64,000 nucleotides of DNA, from contig JAJDOE010000033.1 in assembly GCA_022340345.1 (NCBI GenBank), positions 9,122 to 73,121 of the forward strand, written 5' to 3'. Both the position numbers and the translations under genes were made by a program. Shown here piece by piece: positions 22,644-31,831 of this stretch (its first letter is position 1; each line of letters opens with the position of its first letter). The stretch is from Gammaproteobacteria bacterium (lineage in GTDB: Bacteria; Pseudomonadota; Gammaproteobacteria; HyVt-429). A model generated the notes under the pieces. The model saw only the letters and a list, made by a program, of their open reading frames with translations, searched no databases and was not told the DNA's origin.

Positions 22644-23616
22644 CAGCTAAATCGTTTCCGGCGGCGAGCTCCGCCGCCAGGGTCAGCGCCGCGCGAAAAC
22701 TACCGTCGTCAATGTTGCCGCCGCCGGCCAGCGACAAGGCGGTTCCGTGATCCACCGAGGTGCGGATGATGGGCAAGCCCAGGGTGACATTCACCGCGCG
22801 GCCAAAACTCAGCGCCTTGAGCACCGGCAGGCCCTGGTCGTGGTACATGGCGAGCACCGCATCGGCGCCTTCCAGGGCAGCGGGCGTAAAAGCCGTATCC
22901 GCCGGCAGGGGACCCACCAGGTCCCAGCCGCGGGCGCGGGCTTCGGCCAGTACCGGTTGCAGTACCTCGATCTCCTCGCGGCCCAGGTGGCCGTCCTCCC
23001 CGGCGTGGGGATTGAGACCCAGCACCAGGATGCGCGGGCGGCTGAGCGCGAATCGCGCCACCAGGTCGTGGTAGAGGATTTCAATTACCTCGCTCAGTAG
23101 TTGCCGGTCGATGTGTCCGGCCACTTCGCGCAGGGGCAGGTGGGTGGTCGCCAGCGCCACCCGCAGCGAGCCGGCCGCGAGCAACATCACCGGGCGCTGG
23201 CCGCCGGTGAGACCGGCGAGAAATTCCGTGTGGCCGCTGAAGGCGATACCCGCCTCGTTGATGGTGCTTTTCTGCACCGGCCCGGTGACCAGCGCCTGGA
23301 ATTCGCCCTGCAGACAACCGCGGGTGGCGCGCTCCAGGCACTCGAGGACGTAGTTGGCATTTTCCGGATTCGGCGACCCGGCGATGACGCCGCGGGCCAG
23401 CGGCACCGGCAGCACCGATACCGGTGCCGGGGTGGGGTACTCCGGTACCCGCCAGGACAGGTCCAGTTGCCGCGCGCGCTGCTCCAGCAACCGGGGGTCG
23501 GCTACGATCACCAGCCGGGTACCCGGCGGTGGGATCGTTCCGCGGACCACCAGGTCGGGGCCGATCCCGGCGGGTTCGCCGGGCGTAATCGCCAGAACCG
23601 GTGCGGCGCCGCGCAC
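22618..23616 (-). CDS. pdxA: 4-hydroxythreonine-4-phosphate dehydrogenase
   Basis: LAITPGEPAGIGPDLVV..., HTEF, ALATTHLPLR, GLNPHAGE, LAMYHDQGLPVLK, RTSVDHGTAL all align with E. coli PdxA. Confidence 0.93.
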   Translation of the reverse strand: MRGAAPVLAITPGEPAGIGPDLVVRGTIPPPGTRLVIVADPRLLEQRARQLDLSWRVPEYPTPAPVSVLPVPLARGVIAGSPNPENANYVLECLERATRGCLQGEFQALVTGPVQKSTINEAGIAFSGHTEFLAGLTGGQRPVMLLAAGSLRVALATTHLPLREVAGHIDRQLLSEVIEILYHDLVARFALSRPRILVLGLNPHAGEDGHLGREEIEVLQPVLAEARARGWDLVGPLPADTAFTPAALEGADAVLAMYHDQGLPVLKALSFGRAVNVTLGLPIIRTSVDHGTALSLAGGGNIDDGSFRAALTLAAELAAGNDLAGDGDGAPA

Positions 23617-24972
23617 CTAGTTGAACGGCGAGAGCTTGCCGAGCTCCACGGGCTCACCATTGATGGTGAGTTTCCCCGCGGCAAAAACCGCCTCCGCAAC
23701 CAGATTCTCGCCGTCCCGTCGAAGTCGGTAGTCACGCATCCATTCCGCCATGCGCACGTCCATCGCGGCGTTCAGGGCGCGCTGGCGCTGTTGTGGCGTC
23801 ATCGCTGGCAGTTCGCCCCTGTTTTCCAGTTGCCGCAGTTCACTGCTGAGGTGTTCCGTCATGGCCATGCGCAGCGCGGGCTCGGGCAGCCGCAGTGTGC
23901 CGGTAGCCCGCAGGGCGGTCAGCGCAAGCAGGGGATTGGCGAGTACCGCCGGATCGGCGGTATCCAGGGACACTTCCACCTCGCCCTTGGTTTCGCCGTG
24001 GGGCGTATTCAGAAACAAGCTGACCAGCACCCGCGGCGAATGCCGCAGCAGTCGCTCCAGCTCCGAAAACAAAACCGCCAGATCCGCCCCGCCACCGGCA
24101 TCCCGCAGGGCGCGGGTCGCTGCGGCGTCCAGGTCGCGCAGTTCCAGGCCCAGCTTCCCCGGTCCGACCGTTTCGCCACCCTCTGCCTGCAACTCCGTCA
24201 TCTCCAGGGACAGGACGGTTGTCAGTCTGCCTTCCGTTTCGCTGGATTCGGCGCCGAATTGCAGACCGCTAATCCGCAACGGCTGCCTGCCGCCTTCCAC
24301 CAGCTGCAGTTGTTCGGCCTCGAAGCGCAATGCACCGGTTTCCGGGTTGCCCGGGTCGCCGCGCAGCAGCAGCGATGGCTTCCGAATCCGGATTTGCCGG
24401 TCCGTTTGCTTTTCGTCCAGCTCGATGTGATCGGTCTGCAATCGCAGCTGCGTGCTGCGGCCGTGGGCCGGGATCGCCAACTGGCCGCCAAGTTCCGCCA
24501 TGCGCAGACGGGTTCCGTCCTGGTCCAGGTCCAGGGGCTGCATGCGGATGCGGCTCGACGCGTCCCCGGACAGGCTGATCTGCGTATTGGCGGTGAGTTG
24601 CGCCCCGGTCGGCCCGAGGGTCGCGCGGCTTTCGACGCGCGCCAGGTACACGGAGTAATCCGGATCACCGGCCAGCCAGCGATCCACCGCCACCGGTCCG
24701 TGGCGCAGGGTGTCGTGCAACTGGAGTTCGCCCGGGCTGCCCGAGCGTCGCAACGCGACCCGTGCCTGGGATTCGAGCCAGCCCCGCTCGAAACTGAGCA
24801 CCCGGGCGTCGATCAGGGCCTCGGAGTTCAGTCGTTCGATGTAGGTGCGGTATTCGGCCTCCGCGCGCACGCCAATCCAGTAGGGAGCGGCGGCGGCCGC
24901 AACCAGCAGCAGCAAAAGGAACAGCAGTGCAAGACGTTTCACGGAGGCGCAGGGGGCGATTCGGGCCGGCAC
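23617..24972 (-). CDS. hypothetical membrane-anchored periplasmic protein, possibly DUF945/YdgA-like
   Basis: N-terminal TM (LALLFLLLLLVAAAAAPYWIG), 451 aa, repetitive beta-rich sequence; occupies the position SurA holds in the enterobacterial surA-pdxA-ksgA arrangement but has no PPIase motifs. Confidence 0.6.
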   Translation of the reverse strand: MPARIAPCASVKRLALLFLLLLLVAAAAAPYWIGVRAEAEYRTYIERLNSEALIDARVLSFERGWLESQARVALRRSGSPGELQLHDTLRHGPVAVDRWLAGDPDYSVYLARVESRATLGPTGAQLTANTQISLSGDASSRIRMQPLDLDQDGTRLRMAELGGQLAIPAHGRSTQLRLQTDHIELDEKQTDRQIRIRKPSLLLRGDPGNPETGALRFEAEQLQLVEGGRQPLRISGLQFGAESSETEGRLTTVLSLEMTELQAEGGETVGPGKLGLELRDLDAAATRALRDAGGGADLAVLFSELERLLRHSPRVLVSLFLNTPHGETKGEVEVSLDTADPAVLANPLLALTALRATGTLRLPEPALRMAMTEHLSSELRQLENRGELPAMTPQQRQRALNAAMDVRMAEWMRDYRLRRDGENLVAEAVFAAGKLTINGEPVELGKLSPFN

Positions 24973-25049
24973 AAAGAGCGAATGATCATACCGCCCGTGG
25001 GTGACCGGTGGTAGCGCGATTGGGTATAGTGAATCCTGACCCCGAACTC

Positions 25050-25718
25050 ATGCCGCGCCTTCGCGTTCAAGAACTTTTCAGCTCCATTGCGGAGAGCCAC
25101 CCGCAAAACTGCGCCTGGCGGCAACCGGTCAGTTTTGATGTGGCACCCGGCGAGTGCCTGTGTCTGCACGGACCCTCCGGTGCGGGCAAGACCCTGTTAC
25201 TGCGTGCCGCCGCGGACCTGGACCGGAGCACCGGCAGCGCCTGGCTGGACGACGTGGAGCGCCAGGCGCTGCCCGCCCACGAGTGGCGTCGCCGGGTTGC
25301 CTACCTGCCAGCGGAAAGTGCCTGGTGGTTCGAGCGCATGGGAGAACATTTTTCCACCCTCGACCCGGACTGGCTGCAGAGCCTGGCGCTGGACCCACGC
25401 ATGCTGACGCAGCGGGTGGAAGACCTGTCGACCGGTGAGCGGCAACGCTTCGCACTGCTTCGGTCCCTGATCCAGCAGCCCGGGGCGCTGTTGCTGGACG
25501 AACCCACCGCGTCGCTGGACGCGCCCAATACCCGGCGCGTGGAGCAGCTGGTGACTCGCTGGCGTGATCGCCATGGAATCGCGGTGGTTTGGGTCAGCCA
25601 TGATGCCGCCCAGCGCCGGCGACTGACGCAGCCCCAGGGTCCGCTCCAGGGTCCGCTCCAGGGCCGCCAGTTGCGCTTCGCCGGTGGCCGGCTTCTGCCG
25701 CCCGGGACCCGCCCTTGA
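25050..25718 (+). CDS. fetA: ABC transporter ATP-binding protein, FetA/YbbL-like (putative iron export)
   Basis: Walker A GPSGAGKT, signature LSTGERQR, Walker B LLLDEPTASLD; ~222 aa; overall collinear with E. coli FetA; followed by a FetB-like permease. Confidence 0.8.
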   Translation: MPRLRVQELFSSIAESHPQNCAWRQPVSFDVAPGECLCLHGPSGAGKTLLLRAAADLDRSTGSAWLDDVERQALPAHEWRRRVAYLPAESAWWFERMGEHFSTLDPDWLQSLALDPRMLTQRVEDLSTGERQRFALLRSLIQQPGALLLDEPTASLDAPNTRRVEQLVTRWRDRHGIAVVWVSHDAAQRRRLTQPQGPLQGPLQGRQLRFAGGRLLPPGTRP

Positions 25719-26512
25719 TTACCCTGGATGCCCTCGATCTCGGCCTGGCGGCCGCGCTGGTCATCGCGCTGGCGGTACTGGCGTGGCGATTGCAGCTGGG
25801 AATGACCGGGGCGTTGCTGGTGGCGGCGCTGCGCACGGTCGTGCAGTTATTGCTGATTGGTCTGGTGCTGCGGGTCGTGTTTGCTTACGTGAACCCGTTG
25901 TGGGTGGCACTGCTGGCAATGGCCATGCTGTTGGCTGCGGGGCGCGAAGTTTGGGCGCGCCAGTCCCGGCGGTTCACCGGTCTGTGGGGATTCGGCATTG
26001 GTACCAGTTCATTATTCATCTCGTCTTTTGCGGTCACGGTGCTGGCGCTGGTGGTCAGCGTCGGCCCGGATCCCTGGTACCAGCCGCGCTATTCGATTCC
26101 GCTGCTGGGAATGGTGCTGGGCAACACCATGACCGGCATCGCGCTGGCCATGGATCGCCTGAACGCGGGGGCATGGAATGAACGTCGGGTCATCGAGGCG
26201 CGTCTGTGCACCGGTGCGGACTGGCCGGCGGCGAGCCTCAAGCTGCGTCGCGACGCAATGCGGGTCGGCCTGCTTCCGATTATCAACGCCATGGCCGCCG
26301 CCGGAATCATCAGCCTGCCGGGAATGATGACCGGCCAGTTGCTGGCCGGTGCTCCGCCCATGGAGGCGGTCAAGTACCAGATACTGATCATGCTGCTGAT
26401 TGCCGCGGGCACCGGTTTTGGCACCGTGCTGGCGGTGCAGCTGGCGGCGCGCCGCCTGTCCGACGCCCGCCACCGGCTGCGACTGGATCGTCTTGATGCT
26501 CAGGCCAGGTAG
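25715..26512 (+). CDS. fetB: iron export ABC permease FetB/YbbM (UPF0014)
   Basis: 265-aa polytopic membrane protein with the UPF0014 pattern (LLIGLVLRVVF..., GMVLGNTMTGIALAMDRL..., IINAMAAAGIISLPGMMTGQLLAG); start overlaps the fetA stop. Confidence 0.85.
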   Translation: MITLDALDLGLAAALVIALAVLAWRLQLGMTGALLVAALRTVVQLLLIGLVLRVVFAYVNPLWVALLAMAMLLAAGREVWARQSRRFTGLWGFGIGTSSLFISSFAVTVLALVVSVGPDPWYQPRYSIPLLGMVLGNTMTGIALAMDRLNAGAWNERRVIEARLCTGADWPAASLKLRRDAMRVGLLPIINAMAAAGIISLPGMMTGQLLAGAPPMEAVKYQILIMLLIAAGTGFGTVLAVQLAARRLSDARHRLRLDRLDAQAR

Positions 26513-26853
26513 GGGAACAGTACCAGCGCTCCGATGAGGGTCGCCGCGACGGCGGCCAGCAGCACCGCTCCCGCTGCCAGGTCCTTGGCGGCGGCGATGC
26601 CCGGGTTGTGGCTGCGGTCCACGGTGTCGCCCAGCGCCTCCAACGCGCTGTTCATGGCTTCGGCGATCCACACCAGGCCCATCGCCACCACCAGCAACGC
26701 CCAGTCCAGCCGGCGCAGCGAGAGCCACCATCCCAGCGCGGCGACGCCGGTGGTGACCAGCAGGTGGATGCGCGCATTGCGCTGAGTGGCGAGCAGGCGG
26801 CGGATGCCGGCCAGGGCGTGGCCGAAGCTGGCAGCCAGTGATTGCGTCTCCAT
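26500..26853 (-). CDS. dgkA: diacylglycerol kinase (prokaryotic DgkA)
   Basis: 117 aa; RNARIHLLVTTGVAALGWWLS...AEAMNSALEALGDTV...AAKDLAAGAVLLA aligns with E. coli DgkA; start ATG shares one base with the speE stop (TGATG). Confidence 0.85.
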   Translation of the reverse strand: METQSLAASFGHALAGIRRLLATQRNARIHLLVTTGVAALGWWLSLRRLDWALLVVAMGLVWIAEAMNSALEALGDTVDRSHNPGIAAAKDLAAGAVLLAAVAATLIGALVLFPYLA

Positions 26854-27698
26854 CAACCCCCTGCGCGGAGGAACTGCGGGGTTGCGAATGCGGCGCGGTG
26901 GATGTCGGCATTGTAGTAGCGGGTACCGCGAATCGTTTGCGCGTCCGCTTCGCGGAACTCCCGCGCCGCGCCGGCGCGCCGCGCCAGGGTGGCGGACCAC
27001 CAGCCGGAGGGGTAGGTGCATTGCGGGAACAGTAGCGGCGCCGCTGCCGCGAAGCCCGCCGCGTTCAGATTGCCCACCATGGACGCCATCAGTTGCTGGT
27101 GGTACAGGGGCGACTCGCTCTGTGCCACCAGCACCCCTTCGTCGCCAAGTGCCTGGTAACAGGCGCGATAGAAGGGCGCCGAGAACAGCCGTGCCGCCTG
27201 GCCCACCGGATCGGTGGAATCGATGATGATCACGTCGTAGCTGCCGGCGGCCGCCTCTTCCACCCGGCGTACGCCGTCCTCAAAATGCAGGTGCGCGCGG
27301 GGGTCGCTATTGGATTCGCACAACTCCGGGAAAAACTGCTCGCTTAGGCGGGTAACGCGTTCATCGATGTCCACCTGTTCGGCATGCTCCACCGAATCGT
27401 GCCGCAGCACCTCGCGCAGACAACCGCAGTCGCCGCCGCCAATGATCAGCACCCGCCGCGGGCGGGGATGGCTGAACAGGGCCGGATGCACCATCATTTC
27501 GTGGTAGATGAAATTGTCCCGGCTGGTGAGCATGATGCAGCCGTCCAGTACCAGCAGGTTGCCAAAGCCATCGGTTTCGTACACCTCGAGGCGCTGGTAG
27601 GCGGAGGTTTCCGCGTGCAGCCGGCGCCGTAATCGCAGCGACATGGCGGCGCCGTTTTTTTCCTCAACCTCGGTAAACCAGTTTTCCGCGTCGATCAT
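26853..27698 (-). CDS. speE: polyamine aminopropyltransferase (spermidine synthase)
   Basis: VLIIGGGDCG..., DVIIIDSTDPVGQA, and an N-terminal tetramerisation region typical of SpeE; 281 aa. Confidence 0.92.
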   Translation of the reverse strand: MIDAENWFTEVEEKNGAAMSLRLRRRLHAETSAYQRLEVYETDGFGNLLVLDGCIMLTSRDNFIYHEMMVHPALFSHPRPRRVLIIGGGDCGCLREVLRHDSVEHAEQVDIDERVTRLSEQFFPELCESNSDPRAHLHFEDGVRRVEEAAAGSYDVIIIDSTDPVGQAARLFSAPFYRACYQALGDEGVLVAQSESPLYHQQLMASMVGNLNAAGFAAAAPLLFPQCTYPSGWWSATLARRAGAAREFREADAQTIRGTRYYNADIHRAAFATPQFLRAGG

Positions 27699-27772
27699 CC
27701 GGCAGGTCCGTAAAATTTTCCAAAGATATGCTGATCATACCCGCCTCCCGGGGTCGTATAATCCCGTCCCCC

Positions 27773-29635
27773 ATGGAGAACACGGAACAGATCCGGCACC
27801 TGTACAGCCTCCCGCGCTGGAGCGAGGGCTATGTGGACGCTGGCGCAACCACTTTGCAGGTACACCCGCTTGCGGATGAACGCGCCATCGACCTGTGGGT
27901 GCTGGCGGAGGACCTGCGGCGGCGGGGTCTGCGTCTGCCGGTACTGGTGCGCTTCCTGGACATCCTTCGGGACCGTGTCGCACGTATGACCGCGGCGTTC
28001 GCCGCCGCCTTTGCCCAGGCCGGGGTGGCGGACCGCTATACGGCGGTGTACCCGATCAAGGTAAACCAGCAACGCTGCGTGGTGAAAACCCTGCTCGATG
28101 CGCAGCCCGGGCGGGTAGGCCTGGAGGCGGGCAGCAAACCGGAATTGATGGTGGCGCTGGCGCTGGCGCCGCGTGGTGGCACCATCGTATGCAACGGCTA
28201 CAAGGATCGTTCCTACGTGCACCTGGCCCTCACCGGGGAGCGTCTCGGCTACCGCGTGTTCCTGGTGGTGGAGAAACTCACGGAACTGGATCGGGTGCTG
28301 GACGCGGCGCAGGCGCTCGGCGTACGGCCGCGGATCGGTCTGCGCGCTCGGCTGGCGAGTGTCGGCAAGGGCAACTGGCAAAATACCGGCGGAGAAAAAT
28401 CCAAGTTCGGACTTACCGCGGCGGAGATGCTCACCGCCGTTGAACGGCTGCGCGCCGCCGCCGCCCTCGATTCGCTGGAGTTGCTGCACTTTCATCTCGG
28501 TTCGCAGGTCGCCCACCTGGACGACCTGCAGCGGGCCCTTACGGAGGCATCCCGGTTGTACGTGGAGCTACGGCGCCTGGGCGCCGGCTTGCAGGTGCTG
28601 GACGTGGGCGGGGGGCTGGCGGTGGATTACGAAGGCACCGGGTCGCGGCGCTATTTTTCGATGAACTACGGGCTCGCGGACTACGCGCGCATGGTGGTGG
28701 AGAGCCTGGCGGATACCTGCCAGCAGGCCGGGATGGAGTTTCCGGAGATCTTTACCGAATCCGGCCGCGCCATGACCGCCCACCACGCGGTATTGCTGAC
28801 CCACGTACTGCAGGTCGAACGTAGTGTCGCGCCGGTGGACCGTGGCGACGATCCGGGCGGCGGGCCGGACATGGCAGCGCTGGCAGCGCTGGCCGGAAAC
28901 TCCGGGCGGGAGCCCGGGGAATGCTGGCACGAGGGCCAGACACGGGTCGCGCGTTTGCGAGACGCATTTGACCAGGGCCGTCTATCGCTTGCGGACCGGG
29001 CGCGGAGCGAACAGTTATTCCTCGGTCTGTGTCACGCCCTGCGCGCGCGGTTGGATCCGGGACGCCGCGGTCAGCGGGAACTCGCGGACGAGCTCAACGA
29101 ACGACTCGCGGACCGGTATCTGTGCAACTTCTCTGTTTTCCAGTCGTTGCCGGACGTATGGGCCATCGACCAGGTGTTTCCCATCGTTCCGCTGCATCGG
29201 CTGGATGAAATGCCGGAACGGAGGGCAGTAATTCACGACCTCACCTGTGATTCCGACGGACGCATCGACAGCTACGTGGATGCCCTGGGGGTGGAGAGCA
29301 GCCTGCCTCTGCATGCACCCCGTCCGGGGGAAGACTACCTGCTGGGAATTTTTCTGGTAGGCGCCTACCAGGAGATCCTGGGTGACATCCACAACCTGTT
29401 CGGGGATACCGATTCGGTCAACGTGGAACTTGCGGCGGATGGCTACCGCATCAGCGAACCCCGTGCCGGAGAAGATGCCGCCAGCGTACTCCGACACGTG
29501 CATTTCGATTCCGAGGAGCTGATTGCGGGTTATGCCCGGCGGCTGGAGGAAAGCGATCTCAACCTCGCCGATCGCGGCGAGCTGATGGCGGAACTGCGCC
29601 GCGGGCTGGCGGGATATACCTATCCGGAAAAATGA
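27773..29635 (+). CDS. speA: biosynthetic arginine decarboxylase
   Basis: YPIKVNQQRCVV, GLEAGSKPEL, FHLGSQ, CNGYKDR, ITCDSDG and other SpeA motifs. ATG at 27773 (MENTEQ) lies 13 nt after a TATAAT hexamer; the alternative in-frame start at 27728 would add 15 residues. Confidence 0.93.
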   Translation: MENTEQIRHLYSLPRWSEGYVDAGATTLQVHPLADERAIDLWVLAEDLRRRGLRLPVLVRFLDILRDRVARMTAAFAAAFAQAGVADRYTAVYPIKVNQQRCVVKTLLDAQPGRVGLEAGSKPELMVALALAPRGGTIVCNGYKDRSYVHLALTGERLGYRVFLVVEKLTELDRVLDAAQALGVRPRIGLRARLASVGKGNWQNTGGEKSKFGLTAAEMLTAVERLRAAAALDSLELLHFHLGSQVAHLDDLQRALTEASRLYVELRRLGAGLQVLDVGGGLAVDYEGTGSRRYFSMNYGLADYARMVVESLADTCQQAGMEFPEIFTESGRAMTAHHAVLLTHVLQVERSVAPVDRGDDPGGGPDMAALAALAGNSGREPGECWHEGQTRVARLRDAFDQGRLSLADRARSEQLFLGLCHALRARLDPGRRGQRELADELNERLADRYLCNFSVFQSLPDVWAIDQVFPIVPLHRLDEMPERRAVIHDLTCDSDGRIDSYVDALGVESSLPLHAPRPGEDYLLGIFLVGAYQEILGDIHNLFGDTDSVNVELAADGYRISEPRAGEDAASVLRHVHFDSEELIAGYARRLEESDLNLADRGELMAELRRGLAGYTYPEK

Positions 29636-29699
29636 CGCGGGGAAGGCCTGCCGGGCCAGCAGTGCTGATCCGGGCGAGGCGAGAATCGCTGGTCAGGCC

Positions 29700-30167
29700 T
29701 CAGCCCCGGGCGGCGATAGCGGGTCCCTCGCTGCGCTCGGGACGGCGGTGGTCGCTTGGCAAGCCTTCACGACGATGTATTCCGGGCTTATGCGTCACCG
29801 GACCGTCGCTGTCCATCATGTCTACCTGGCCTCGATGCAGTTCCATGGTAGAAACCTGTTCGGCGGCAAAGGCCTCGCGCAGGGATTCCAGCGCCGCCGC
29901 CGACGATACGGTATCGCCGCAGGTAAACAGGTCCACTGCCGCGTAGCCATATTCCGGCCAGGTGTGAATCGCCAGGTGACTTTCGGCGATAATCACTGCC
30001 CCGGAGACTCCGTGGGGAGAAAAATGATGAAACGTCTGGGTAACGATGGTGGCGCCGGCTTTTTCGGCGGCGGCAATCATCGCATCACCGACGAAGTTGA
30101 CGTCGTTGAGGCGCGTGGTGTCGCAGCGATAGAACTCCGCGACAATCTGGTGTCCGAGTGAGCGCAT
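29700..30167 (-). CDS. speD: S-adenosylmethionine decarboxylase proenzyme, small class 1B (SpeH-type)
   Basis: [16 protein letters not shown]...[31 protein letters not shown] aligns with B. subtilis SpeH, including the ES|H self-cleavage site. Confidence 0.85.
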   Translation of the reverse strand: MRSLGHQIVAEFYRCDTTRLNDVNFVGDAMIAAAEKAGATIVTQTFHHFSPHGVSGAVIIAESHLAIHTWPEYGYAAVDLFTCGDTVSSAAALESLREAFAAEQVSTMELHRGQVDMMDSDGPVTHKPGIHRREGLPSDHRRPERSEGPAIAARG

Positions 30168-30345
30168 GGCAAGTACCCCAGTTAACGGACCCAAAATCCG
30201 GGCCCGGGTTGAACCAGCAGTTACTCCCGTGCACCCCCGACCGCCTGTACAGCGCCTTCAGTGCCGTGGAAAAGGTGGCGAAATATACTGACCTGAAAAA
30301 CTCAATGCAACCTAATATTCTACTGGAAAGACCCCAGGAGGACTC

Positions 30346-31221
30346 ATGAAAACTGGTGTGATCGGACTCGGAGCCATGGGCGGTCCCATGGCCGTAAATC
30401 TCAAGAAAGCCGGGCTGCTGGAATGCGCCTGGAACCGCTCCCCCGGGCCCGCCCAGGCGCTGGCGGACGAAAACGGCATTCCGCTGGCGGAAGACCCGGC
30501 GGAGGTGGCGCGGCGCTGCGACGCGGTGATCGTGTGCGTGTCGCGGGATGAAGACGTGCTGTCGGTGATGGACGCCATGGCGGAGGGCCTGCACAAGGGC
30601 CTGGTGGTAGTGGACTGCTCCACGGTTTCGGCGGAGACCGCCCGCGAGGCGGCCCGTCGGGCCGCCGCCGGCGGCGCCGATTTTCTCGATGCCCCGGTCA
30701 GCGGCGGTACGGAGGGTGCGCGGCAGGGCACGCTGGCCATCATGGTGGGTGGGGACGCCGGAGTCCTGCAACGGGTGCAGCCGGCGCTGGACGCCATTGG
30801 CAAGAAGACCGTGCACATGGGCGCCCATGGCGCCGGCCAGGCCACCAAGGCGGTCAACCAGATCATCGTCGCGGGCACCAATCAGGCGGTTACCGACGGG
30901 CTTGCCTTCGGCCAGGCCGCTGGCCTGGACATGGAACGGGTGATCGAGGTGGTGGGTTCCGGTGCCGCCGGTAGCTGGCACCTGAATAATCGCGGGCCGA
31001 CCATGGTGCGCGGGGTCTTTGACCCGGGCTTCAAGGTGGCGTTGCATAAAAAGGACCTGGGGATCGCCCGCGCCATGGTGGAGGAGCTGACCGACAATCG
31101 CCTGGCAAGCATCGAAAGGACATTGGCGGACTACGAGAAACTGCTGGAGGACGGCCATGGAGACGAAGACATTTCGTCCCTGTACCGGCTGAAGAAGGCG
31201 TTGTTCAAAGAGTCCAACTGA
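30346..31221 (+). CDS. NAD(P)-dependent oxidoreductase of the 3-hydroxyisobutyrate dehydrogenase/GarR family
   Basis: Rossmann GxGxMGxxMA at the N-terminus (VIGLGAMGGPMAVNL), DAPVSGG, and the conserved catalytic region of HIBADH-family enzymes; 291 aa. Confidence 0.8.
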   Translation: MKTGVIGLGAMGGPMAVNLKKAGLLECAWNRSPGPAQALADENGIPLAEDPAEVARRCDAVIVCVSRDEDVLSVMDAMAEGLHKGLVVVDCSTVSAETAREAARRAAAGGADFLDAPVSGGTEGARQGTLAIMVGGDAGVLQRVQPALDAIGKKTVHMGAHGAGQATKAVNQIIVAGTNQAVTDGLAFGQAAGLDMERVIEVVGSGAAGSWHLNNRGPTMVRGVFDPGFKVALHKKDLGIARAMVEELTDNRLASIERTLADYEKLLEDGHGDEDISSLYRLKKALFKESN

Positions 31222-31234
31222 CCGCGGGCGGTGA

Positions 31235-31831
31235 TCAGTGGCGGGCTTTGTCCCGCGTGCGGACCTCCAGACGCATGGCCGAGATTCCGAGCTTTTCCAG
31301 GCGCCGGTGGACGTCGTCCAGCGCGCTGAGCTTCTGGAAGGGTCCCACCCGCACACGGAAGAAAATCCCGCGCTCGCCGATGATCACCTTTTCGATGTAG
31401 GCCTCGATGTTGTTGATGGCCAGGCGCGCCTTGAGCCGGTCCGCGTCGATGAAATCATCGTAGGAAGCGGCCTGCAGCACGTACTGGGTGCCGCTGGGGG
31501 CGGGTCGCGGCTGGTGGCTGCGGGGCTCGGGCACCGGCCGGTCCATTTCCGGAAGCAGTTCCCAGAAGTCGAAGTGGGTCTTGAGTTCCGGCGAACCGGG
31601 CTGGGTGGGCGCGGGCCGGGCCGGGCCGGGCCGGGCCGCCGGTTGCTCCGGCAGCAGGGTGGTCAGACCCTCCCCCAGGCGGCTGTCCTCGTCCAGGTAC
31701 AACAGCCCCGTCACCGCCACCAGCAGGCCGCACACGAACCCCAGCGTGAACAGTCCCCACCCGGGGACCTCCCGAAGGGTATTCCGTGTCGGTGGCCGTG
31801 ACCGGGGACGGTTGCGGCGGGCCTGCGCCAT
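31235..31831 (-). CDS. SPOR-domain cell-division protein (DedD/FtsN-like)
   Basis: N-terminal TM, Pro-rich linker, C-terminal SPOR-like domain (YVLQAASYDDFIDADRLKARLAINNIEAYIEKVIIGERGIFFRVRVGPF); lies immediately downstream of argS as in many gammaproteobacteria. Confidence 0.7.
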   Translation of the reverse strand: MAQARRNRPRSRPPTRNTLREVPGWGLFTLGFVCGLLVAVTGLLYLDEDSRLGEGLTTLLPEQPAARPGPARPAPTQPGSPELKTHFDFWELLPEMDRPVPEPRSHQPRPAPSGTQYVLQAASYDDFIDADRLKARLAINNIEAYIEKVIIGERGIFFRVRVGPFQKLSALDDVHRRLEKLGISAMRLEVRTRDKARH

